NCBI GenBank assembly: GCA_963693365.1
Contig: CAVNZM010000012.1
Location: 9,180,001 to 9,244,000, forward strand
Reading direction: 5' to 3'
Source of the DNA: Amoebidium appalachense
Lineage: Eukaryota > Protista > Ichthyosporea
Length of the DNA: 64,000 nucleotides
This document shows positions 15,235 through 26,053 of the stretch, piece after piece. The translations under genes were made by a program, and so were the position numbers. Under the pieces are notes generated by a model. That model saw nothing but the letters and a program-made list of their open reading frames with translations, made no database searches and was not told the origin of the DNA. Positions within the stretch are counted from its first letter, which is position 1. The number at the start of each line of letters is the position of its first letter.

Positions 15235-15531
15235 ACACACACATCAACACCACTGCAGCTAGCACTGCGACTCCACTTTGGGCACAGAGAACACAATACA
15301 CAGATGCATACATGTACACAGATGCATACATATGCGTGCCAGAAGTTGCACGTTTCTGGAAAAAGGATTTCGATGCACATGGAAAGTGTTGCAAACACGA
15401 ATGCGACGCAACCGTCCCACTACATCTTCCCCCCTCCCCCCCCTCCCCCGCAAACACCACCCCACCCTTACCCCTAGACCTTTCCGTGCACCTACACCAC
15501 CTGCCCCTGCACCTGCAAACACCATGGAATT

Positions 15532-15572
<41 letters not shown>

Positions 15573-15975
15573 TTCCCCCCGCCGTCCTCCCCTACCCACC
15601 CACCCATCACCCATGCACGTGCTAACCACATGCCCACATATACAAGTGCAGGTGTCGTGCCACAACAGCATGGCCATAGTGTCTGTGGTGGGCAAGGAGA
15701 TGCGGGCCACGGTGGGCATGAGCGGCATGATGTTCGGGCTGCTGTCCCGGCTGGGCATCAACATTGAGATGATCTCGCAGGGCGCCAGTGAGATCAACAT
15801 CAGCTGCCTGGTCGCTGCCCGCCAGGCCGTCACCGCCATGGCCGCCCTGCACGACTACATGATTTTGGGCCAACCGTTCGACACCGTGCTGGCCTCATAC
15901 TCCCCCCACACAAAGGCCCCCGTCCGATTGGACGAGGACGCACCGGCGGAGCAGGCGGTGGCCAATCAGGCGTGA
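7971..15975 (+). CDS. HOM3: Aspartate kinase (fungal Hom3-like) with C-terminal ACT domains, 12 exons
   Basis: GT-AG exons 7971-8059, 8660-8737, 9645-9725, 10175-10289, 10981-11055, 11813-11908, 12475-12613, 13059-13115, 13483-13571, 14221-14447, 14950-15172 and 15652-15975 splice in frame. Motifs: VQKFGGTSVG, VVVSALSSRVKADGTTTRLL, GESLSA, PVVTGYFG, GRGYTDLTAA, WKEVDGIFSADPR, EAAELSWFGSEVIHP, IRIKNTLNPQGEGT, and the ACT segment INIEMISQGASEINISC. Confidence 0.95.
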
Positions 15976-16924
15976 CTGTGGTTGCCGGTGATTGGCTGGC
16001 TGGTGCGGGCTCTGCACATGTATTTTCAGAGGTAGTCTGTTGGTGTGTGCCCTGTTAGGTGGGCACCTATTTGGGAGTATTTGGAAATGTTCTTCTGTGT
16101 GTTTCTGCAATAATGCACAAAGGGCTACCTAGGGAAGGAAGAAACAGATGGTGTACATCAGTGAAGGAAGATTGCTTTGGAAGTATCAGCCAGGGCATAG
16201 GAATGAATGCGACTATATTTGTGTGTTTGCCAGGTGTGTTGCCTGATATTCAATTTTGTATGTGCACGACACAACCACACCCACACACATACCTACACAC
16301 ACGATCACATGTGCACACGGCACACTCACGAATACACGGAGACATGTGTGCGCCCACATGTCGCACACGGTCACACACACACACACCGTAGTGGTCCTAC
16401 AATACAACACGTGTAATTTGGAAAATGCTATCATGCTCATGCAGGATAATTTCTGACTCAAAATATTTTTATAAACCTTGTAATAGTAGGCAAAACTTGG
16501 AGTATAAATAAAACATATATGCTTATGCACCAACAAATCGAGGCATACCTCGTTCCACCCTTCCTGCCTCCCCCCTCCCCCCCCCCCCCCCCTCCCCCCC
16601 CCCCCCTCTCGGAGCCCCTCTCCCCTCTTCTACTCGTGGCAGACATGAAAAATCTGCATCGACCAAAATTTGCACGTGATCGCACTGATTACCCAAATAT
16701 GGAGATTCGGGTGGGAAGTTTTGGCGCGCGCGCGCAAAAAAAAGTTTATTTATCATTTAGAAAAAATAGGCATATGGGACCATTGCACAACCGATGCATG
16801 CATTACCGCAGAACCCACTATAGTGGAGGGCTTTAGTTTTTGCAAAGGGCACCATGTTTAGCAATCTCGAATTGGACACAAATGGCCGCCCCCGCAGGGC
16901 GGGGGGACCTTCAACTTCCCAGCC

Positions 16925-16984
<60 letters not shown>

Positions 16985-17567
16985 CCCCAAAGTATGTGCA
17001 ATGATTTTCATTCTTCCCTCGTTTGGTACACATACTCCTACTTTTAATAGAGTTATTAAAACTTTATTTGCCAAATATCAATTAAAACTTCAAGACCAAA
17101 TGTCCATGTTTGGCTGATCAGCATCCCAGGCAAAGTTTTCATAGATTTTCGACCTGAGCCTTTGGCCGGCGGGATCATTGATTGGGTAGTCCGGCAAACC
17201 GGATCCATTTGGACTCCCAATCATCAGCCTGAGAATTCAACAGAGATCGCCGCCTGCCAGTAAACGGAGAGCTGGATTTGAGCGATGCAAACCTTTATGA
17301 TTGGGTCAAAAAAACAAGAAAATCACTGATTGGGGCGGCGTTTTTTTTTTTTCGCCTGTGATTGGAGAGTCTTTCCCGCCAGTAGCCCGGCCCATGGGGC
17401 TGCAGCCACAGTTACGTAACGTAACGGCGAACGTGACACTTTCACTATACATAGGTGACAGCCTTCCCAGCCGCTGGTAAATACATAGTGTCGAAGCTAC
17501 ACCGACGGTCCTACCTGAAAAATAAGTTACAGTGTTCAATTTTTTCAAAGTAATTGTTACAAGGAAA

Positions 17568-19053
17568 ATGGATGGAGATTACATGGAGTGCGATGGTGAT
17601 GTTGAGCAAGGTAGCGAACAACATGTACCTAACGAAGACCAAAACGTAGAAACGACCAGTACTCTAGTGTTTTATTGTCCCATAAACGAACAGCATTTTG
17701 CTATTAACGGAGTATTTGAGGCGCTTGGAAACCGAAACCTCAATGAATCTCGCCCAGAACACGTATATTGGTATGTTGGGGAAGAGACTTTCCCCATTTA
17801 TTGAGTGTGATGCTTACAAACCCACTCACTTGTTTCACGTTAGGCAAACCGAGACCGGGCTGCTATTAGAGCCTCGTGACGCTCACTTCAAGCTTATGCA
17901 CGAGGAATGGCAGCCCTACGTAGAGGGGGAAATGCCCGATCGCAGGGAGTTACTGCGCAGTGAAGTGTAAGTATAGCTATCCCCCTTTTCGCTTTCCCAG
18001 CGCATTTCATTCATGCTTAACTTTCAGCATAAGTTGCGCCGCGTAGCCTTTCATTCTTCGCTGCATGAAGCTATAGCGAATGTCTAGTAGACACACCTCT
18101 TGACTGCTTATGACAAATCTGCTCGAAGAAAAGTGTTGCGCTTCCCCTTAATCTGCATGTGTGCACACGTACTCATTTTGCACACTTGCCCACAGGGGAG
18201 GCAGTCATCTGTGAGCTCGTTCCACAGATCGTCACAGGATCCGGAGGGGCGTTTTACCTGGCAAGCAGCACGAAACCCGCGGGTTTTAAAGGCAATGTAT
18301 GGTTATCCTGGAAAACGGAGGACTGGAAGGATTATGATACCGTTGAGTTCTTTTTTTTCTATGCCAAACATCCGCGATCGCTCGTGGCGGCTGAAGCAAT
18401 TATTTCAAGGGAAGCTTCTAGCGAAGCTGCAATACAGAGTTAGGGGGGCATCGAAAGCGGATGCAGGGACCAAGTATAATGACCCACGTGTGGAGGTGGA
18501 TTGTGATATTGTCGGGTTTGCAGGTTTCCTCGCCCACATTCTTGATGTCTCCGGGGATGACAGCATTACGGAGGAGTCGATTGTTAAGGGGAGATGGCCG
18601 GGCCTATTAGTCGAATTGCCCCTGTGGTCGGTAGTACAGGCATTTCCAGAAGCATGCGCTTATTTCTCAAACCACAACAGGTGTGTTGCCATGTTCGGCC
18701 AGGAAACAGAAGGGGATCGTAACCAAATTATCGGTTTCAAATTTGCAGATAGGCCGAAACACAACTGGTCACATGATGTATGTGCGCATTCCAACATTCC
18801 TTGGTGGTTGCCCACACCAAACGTTCCTACACCTCCACATACACCGGTGAATAACCACCCACATACGAGTGAGGGGGGAAGTTCCCCAGACGTGTTTGCC
18901 CCTTTGACAGATGCAGAGAAAAAAAAATACACTTTAAATCTAGGAACCCCCACCCCACTACAAACCTGCCTTGATAGGACAACTCCTACAGACACACTAT
19001 TCTCTTCGACCTCCATGTATAGTGTAGTGCCCACGTATGCCTACTCATATTAG
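17568..19053 (+). CDS. Uncharacterised multi-exon gene, probably decaying; possible accessory gene of the adjacent DNA transposon
   Basis: Non-repetitive ORFs at 17568-17804, 17698-17970 and 18196-19053. Donor-like GTAAGT near 17967 and GTATGT near 18778; acceptor CACAG at 18195. Further exon-like pieces run to about 19575. No domain recognised. Confidence 0.45.
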
Positions 19054-19256
19054 AGAATTAATACGAAGGAATGAACGATGTATAATGCTGTATAATATCT
19101 GCTAACCATTAATCTGAATAGTAGACCTTGCTCGGGCATATAGCTTCGGTGAAGTTCCTTACATGCCCGTGCAACCAACCCTTTAAATTTACTTGCCCAC
19201 CAAAGTACGCACACTAGGGCGAGTGCGCGCACACATGCACGCACGCACGCATACGC

Positions 19257-19360
<104 letters not shown>

Positions 19361-20481
19361 CACATGCATGCACGCACACGCCTACGCGCACATGCACACA
19401 ACCCCACAGCACTATCTATGCTCACATGCACATATATTCACGGTATGACCCCCCTCCCCCCTCCCCACCCCAGCCCCGTCTCCCCTCCTCTCCCCCAACC
19501 ACTGTGCACAGGTGTGGTGGCCTTCCTTTTTTGCTCGATTATTAAGAATTAAAGTTTATGTAAGTGAAATATAAATAAAAGGCAGCTATTTTAGTTGTGG
19601 AAATGCTTCTAAGACTACTATATGCTCCTGTACAATGTGTACACTGATAAACGTCTATATTTAAGAATGTGTAATCAAATCATAAAAAAAAAATGTATGT
19701 GGAAGCCAATAAAAGAAAACAATGCCAGTTGATTTATGAGTGCCGCCCGATCAACCCCCTCCCTCCCTCCTCAAACCCCCCCCCCCCCCCCCACACACAC
19801 ACACCCACCCCCCTCCCGATACCCCACCCCTCCAAGCCCCCCTTCTACCCTTTTCCCGCTCTCCCTCCTACCCTCTTCCCCCTTCCCCCCCTTCCCTTCC
19901 CTCTGCACGTACGCGCAGCACACTGCCTCCGCCATTCTCAAACGAGGTTGATAAAAGCTTGATAGACAGTCAGAAAACGAAGAACCCCCCCCCCCCCCCC
20001 TCCCCCGTAAGTCCCATTATCCCCAAGGGCCGTGGGTCCCTCCATTTTTTCATGTTAGAATTTAAAGCTTATCAGTGCTTGGGTGCGTGTGTAGGCTTGT
20101 GTGCGGCGTGCGTACGTTTGCGTGTGTACGGTGTGTGTGTTCGTGTGTGCGCGTGTGTGCGCGTGTGCATGCATGTGCATATGCACTCGTGTGTGCGTGC
20201 TCACACCCAGCCCTGCCGCCAGGGGAAGGGGGGAAAACGGTGGGGAAAGGGGAAAGGGAGGGAGGGGGGAGGGGGAGGGGGAGGGGGCAAGGGTAAGGGG
20301 GTGACGGAGGGAGGGAGGGGGGGGGGGAGGGCAGGGGGGGAGGGGGGGGGGGGAGAGCAGAATTTTCGAAGCCTTAGAGAAGAGAGAGGCAGCACAAACA
20401 GAGCACATGAGCAGAAAGAGAAAGAGAGATATGCCTAGGGATAGAATGAGAGCCTCGGGGCAGAGGCGGTGAGGCCGGGGA

Positions 20482-20519
<38 letters not shown>

Positions 20520-20568
20520 CGTCTGTGTGTGCACGTGTGTGTGTGTGCATGTACGATGTGTGTGTCAC

Positions 20569-20605
<37 letters not shown>

Positions 20606-21135
20606 TGTTTGTGTGCCACCGTGGATGGGTGGGGGGTTGTGTAGCCGTGGTGACCATATACCCATGATGATCATGGTGATTCCGTGAGTGGGTGGGTGTA
20701 TGGGTGAGGTGGGGAAGGGGAAATGGAGGACTCTACAGGAAGGGGAGGTTGGGGGGATGGGTGGGGGGGGGGGGAAGGGGGGGGGGGGGGGGGGGATGAG
20801 AGGGGGGCATGGGGAGGGGATGGGGGGGGGGGGGGGAGGGGGGAAGGAGGTGGGAGGGAGGAGGAGTGTGGAGGGGGGAGTGGGAGGAGACAAGGGGTGG
20901 GGGGGGGGAGGGGGTGGGGGGAGGGGGAAGGGGTTAAGGGGAGAAGGGGGAGGGTGAAAGTAGATAACTTTCTGTGCACAACTTGAGCTCACAGCCACGT
21001 GATGTTGCTTTATACTGTAACAATATATTCATATGATATTATCATTTACATTATGATACCGTGGTTATCATCAATAAACATATATACAATACCAAAGTTC
21101 AAGGCTGGCACAGCCAGTTGAACACATTTTGAGTT

Positions 21136-23940
21136 TTATAAACCAGAATACAAGCACATATCATACTCATCTTCTTCATCAGTAAAATCATCTCCAATTT
21201 CATCATTTTCATTATCAATCCTAGGCTGATTATGGGCATTATGCATTACCTTATTTTCATCATACACATCCTTGAATATTTCAAGCAATTTTACATGAGC
21301 ATCCTTACGTTTTTTATCCATTCGTTCCAAAACTTCTGGCTTAAAACGGTAGGCTCTTATGTCTCTAAATACTTCATGCAGTCTAGCACACATATGCCGA
21401 TTTTCTTTGTGCACAATCTGCATTGGAAAACTATGATTATCCCCGGCCCTACCATGTGAAGTATTATTGTAAAAATCACTGTTTTGCATTTGGTTTAATT
21501 TTTCTAAAGCTTGACAACTAGCAGGACCCAACCAACCGTGTTCCCGCAATAAATCAGAAACATGATTAACTAAAAAATGAACGTAAGGAGTGATCAAATG
21601 GGTCGGCTACTGGAAGCTATGTTTACGTTTACACGCGGACGAGCGGTGGTTAATGGGCGGCTATCCCCAGGGTTTACCCGCACGTGCGGGGTACTTCAAG
21701 GGTCCCTGCTAAGTCCTCTTCTTTTCAACCTGTATATTGATGATTTAGCCGACACTCTTTCTTCGGCACAAATTGACGGGGGGTTGCCATCCCAGGCTCC
21801 CCCCGCCCTCTTTTTTGCCAACGATATTGTGCTTATGTCATCCGATCCTCTCGAACTACGGCAATACATTCGTGTGGTTGAACATTGGTGCCAGCGCAAC
21901 GATATGCAGATTAATGTCAAAAAGTGTGCCCTTTTATCAAAATCGATACCGGCATGGGACGACGTTTGTATTTTCGGCAGTCCCCTCCCTCGCCCAATCG
22001 AATACAAGTATTTGGGGATTCCGGTGGACGAATGGGGCATATGTTTCAAACGGATGATCGACCGTCGGGTGGAGAGTGCAGGCAGGTGTCTCCGGTTATT
22101 TCGGGATGTGTATCTTGCTACTCTTTCTCATACTGTCCACCTATACAATCGTCTTAGTATATTTCGCACATATATTCGCCCTTTGTCGGAATACGGGTTG
22201 CCCTTACTAGCTATGGCACCCCCTGATACTGTTACTAATGTCCTCAAATCATTAGATGATTTCCATTACACAACTTGTTGTATGTTTCTCACTGGTCTTT
22301 CCACACCTATCCCTAGACGCCTTTTTGATTCTCTCTACGCACTCACACCACCATCACAACGCGTACACGAATTAGCCCTTAAATTTCACGAGCACATCAC
22401 CCGCCTGTCCGCTTGTGCCCCGGACCACCCGCTCTTCCGGCTACACCCATCCCCGCCGGATTCGCCCCTCTACCTCTTCCCTTCCCCATCGTCTCTGCCC
22501 ATTGCCGAGCGCTATGTGGAATGGCTGGCGACCCCCCCGGAGGTACGGCTAGATCATAGTGTGAATATGAATAGTTTCAAGTCTATGGCTGATAGATATC
22601 TTTTTACTCTACGTGTTGAGTCCCTTCCGGTGTTAGGACCGCAAAAACACCAACTACTAGTAGCCTATATGGCGGATACGGTTAGAGAGTCTCGTTCATA
22701 CATAGATTCGTTTATTCGTAATGTGGTGTGGTGTAAAAACGCAAAGATGATTATGGCTTGGCGGTGTAATCGGTTTCTGGTGTCTCCTGCTCGTATGTGT
22801 AATATGTGTGGGGGGCGGTTTACTCGCGGCTGCATATCTATCAATAAATGCAACCTGTTAGCTAATGTATTAGAACCGGAGGTTATTGGCGGTTTTATTC
22901 TCTTTTCTTCCTCTCTTCCTCAATATATCCGTTTTAAGATGTCTATCCTAGATCACCTTATTAATGCTGCACAGTATGATATTGTGATCCGGTGCCTTAA
23001 CTTTCTTTCGGAGCTACCGATGCTAGCATCTGCTTACCCATAATATGTAATAGGGGTGTCAGATACTACGATGGCGCTCATTGTTGCCTAGCATGTACAT
23101 ATGTCACTGGCTGCATTTGATTGGCTGTGCTGGAAAACGCAGTAGGCCGTCGAATGTGGCTGGGCCTCCGGCAATGTCCACGCAATAAAAAAGTGTGTAA
23201 ACCCAAGGAGTGATATCCTGGGTGCCATAAATATCTGCATAAATTCGGACAAAAAAAACAGCCTCCGCCTGAAAATCATCGGGGTTCAGGTACCCCTCGG
23301 TATTGGGCTTTTCACTAAGTGCAGCATCTAGCTTAAGAAACGATTCCCAGCACTTAACATAATGGGAATGTTGGATGAGGGTGACCTTTTGGCGATCAGA
23401 TTGGTTGGTGCGGGTGGGGTTGCGGGCAGCGGGAAGAAGAGTGGAAAGTAGGCATTTCTGCTTGCCGTTAATATTGATGGGTGTAATAAGCACTCTCATT
23501 GCCTTGATGCGCTCGGTTCCGTTAAGTTCCGTGTGTTTCCAAACTCCCTCCTTATTTTGAAAAAACGTAAAATTATCAGCAACACCCGTTTCTTTCAAAG
23601 CCCTCTCCACTCTAATCATCTGTTCTGTTTTCTGGGTGGTGTTTTCGTGCCCCCCCCATTGCCATCCCGGCCTCCTGCAGTGCATGAGACCATATAGGTT
23701 CAAACAGGCGATCGGTAATGCGAAGACGCATGTGCAGGGTATCTATAATCACCCGGTCGTATCCCAGTTTCCAAATTGGGGCATGGGCAACACCAATCTT
23801 GCGTGAGGGTGCCACATCCTTGCGTAGAGCTGCCCCCAAATCAGTCAGAGTCTTGTGGCCACACTGACCACGGTTTGCCTTGGTGAGGGTACAGAGCAGA
23901 CAAAAGTACTTCAAGTTGGCGGTTGGCCCCCGCAGCCTTA
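21136..23940 (-). pseudogene. C-terminal half of a RAG1/Transib/Chapaev-like DDE transposase, interrupted by a LINE and truncated at its 5' end
   Basis: Segments 23205-23940 and 21136-21594 rejoin in frame after removing the insert and one TSD copy: YFCLLC...GVAHAPI...IIDTLHMRLRI...LNG...DITPYVHFLVNHVSDLLREHGWLGPASCQALEKLN. This parallels the RAG1 core YICTLC...GVSAKPF...IDALH...MNG...[34 protein letters not shown]. One frameshift lies in a homopolymer near 23650. Confidence 0.8.
21595..23204 (+). mobile_element. 5'-truncated non-LTR retrotransposon (RT plus C-terminal Cys-rich region), copy 1
   Basis: 10-bp TSD AAGGAGTGAT at 21585-21594 and 23205-23214. The ORF to 23043 has GVLQGSLLSPLLFNLYIDDL, FAND in place of YADD, YKYLG, RPLSEYGL and CNMC. 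The element ends GTGTAAACCC. Confidence 0.9.
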
Positions 23941-24680
23941 GTAAGTTACTATATTTGGGAAAATACAACCGAGATCTGATTGGATGACATATTTAGATAT
24001 TGACACAAACGATAATACGTGTGCGCGAGCTAAGTATGTCAATACGTACACAGATCTAAGATATCGGTGTACACGGAAATAGAAAGGAAAGAAAGAAAGG
24101 AAGAAAGGAAAAGGAAACAAACTACAACAAACTAATAAACAAATATAAAACTCAACTTCTAAGTCTTGCTATGAATCATGGGAAGATGACATCCCCACTC
24201 AAGGGTTGGAAGTTGGGTTCTCGTGAAGTTTGTTGATGTGACTGTTGATGTCAATACTCTCACACATGTAGAAGCAGGTGCCGTGAAGTCACAGTCAAGT
24301 TTCCCCACTCGAGAAGACAACGGAGAAGACTTGAAGGGGCAAGCCGGGGAAGAAAACCAAAACAGAAGAAGCACACAACGACGGTTGCCTCTGAAGACTC
24401 GGAGCATGACGGTAGCCAACGACGATATATAAATATATATAGAAGAAAACAACTAGTGTATGTGTGACGTGTTGGTGGCTATTGATTTATACTGGGGACC
24501 ACCCAGATAAACACAAGGCATGAACATCTTGTGGACTGATTTATAGACTGGTGGTCAACCAGTTAAGACACGGGGAATGAGCATCCCGAGGACTAGGTTT
24601 AGACTGGCAGTCAACCAGCACGCCATGGCTATAGATAATTATTTATACTGGGACGCCATCCCAGTTCGACATATAGATAA

Positions 24681-25679
24681 CTTCTCGGCTAATATTTTTA
24701 AAGACACACCCCTCCATCCTTCTATTAGACTTACATTTATTCGCACTTTTGTCTTCCCGGCATGTGAATATGGTTTACCCCTTCTCGCCGCTTGGATCAA
24801 GAAAGAGAGAACTAGAGCGCTTAAACCCCTGGCAAATTTCCTTGAAGCAGAAGTTGCCTCCTTTCTATCTAACAACTGTTGTAAACCTGGGCCTGTAACG
24901 CTCTCGATATATGGTCTTGTCCCAATAGCTGCCAGAGTATCCTATCTCGCGCTGAAATTCAATAAGCACATAAGCCGCTTAAAGAAGTATTTGCCCTCCC
25001 ACCCTCTCTTCTCTATCCGACCTGTCCCCTCCTCACCTCTCCCCTCTTTCCTCCCCTCTCTCTCCCCTTCTCCCCTGGGCACAAATACAAATAAACCCCG
25101 CAATAGTGTGTGTGTGACTTTGGACTGCCACTTACTTGTTAAACATGTACACAATCACAAGATAATCACGCAATATAACAAATGGAAAAAGATACCACAC
25201 GACACTAGACCCGATGAAAGCATACACCTTGAAAAACTAAGCCTTATGTCTCGTTTTATATATACTGACCGCCTCAACCATATTGCCAAATATGGCACTC
25301 GCAAGTGTATAACACCTAAATACATATTACCTTCCTGTAGAACTGGTCTTTCTCTAGCTGATGGTATTATTGATCAATTACCACGCTTTTACTGTACACG
25401 TGCTATACAGTGGAGATCTAATAAGTATAAGGTGGCATCATTTGCATGCCCAAACAACACACACGCACACCAGTTTAACCGGTCATGTATCGCCAAATGT
25501 AGTTTGATAGACCACATAATACCGCAACACACACACGTCACATTCACAACAGACACCCAGAAAGATAGCCTACCTGTAAATTACAACATCCTTGATTTTA
25601 TACTAAACACGCGTAACTACGACCTGTTTATTAGATGTATTGATTGGCTTGAGAAACACATCACTACAAAATTATAGCG

Positions 25680-25750
<71 letters not shown>

Positions 25751-25782
25751 CCAGCTGATACCGAGTGTCCCGAGGGGAGCCC

Positions 25783-25834
<52 letters not shown>

Positions 25835-26030
25835 GGGGAACCCCAACTAATTGATTTCTCCTTGTAGTCTTTATGGTGTCTCGTAGAGAAAGTAAACCCT
25901 GATATATAGTCACCACCCGACATCTATGTACGTGATCATGATATACCGCTGAGGGGATATTCCGAGCAAAACCCCCCCCCCATACCTGAGACTGGTTCTC
26001 TTTGCCTCGAGTAAACAGCGTAAACCCCCC
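24681..26030 (+). mobile_element. 5'-truncated non-LTR retrotransposon, related family, copy 2, inserted in the copia-A 3' UTR
   Basis: TSD (C)ATATAGATAA at 24670/1-24680 and 26031/2-26041. The ORF to 25677 resembles the C-terminus of copy 1 (RTFVFPACEYGLPLL, WRSNKY, FNRSCI, ILDFILN). The element ends GCGTAAACCCCCC. Confidence 0.85.
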
Positions 26031-26053
26031 CATATAGATAAGTCGAATATAAA

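Noticed and set aside
21577-21594. ATG start of the 488-aa RT ORF
   Set aside because: The first codons lie in the target DNA and TSD; the element is 5'-truncated and has FAND at the catalytic motif.
23196-23204. TAAACCC as a plant-type telomere repeat
   Set aside because: Single unit only; kept as a retroelement terminus, not called telomeric.
24577-25677. 366-aa ORF as a stand-alone gene
   Set aside because: Chimeric: the first 35 or so codons are antisense copia 3' UTR fused to a truncated LINE.
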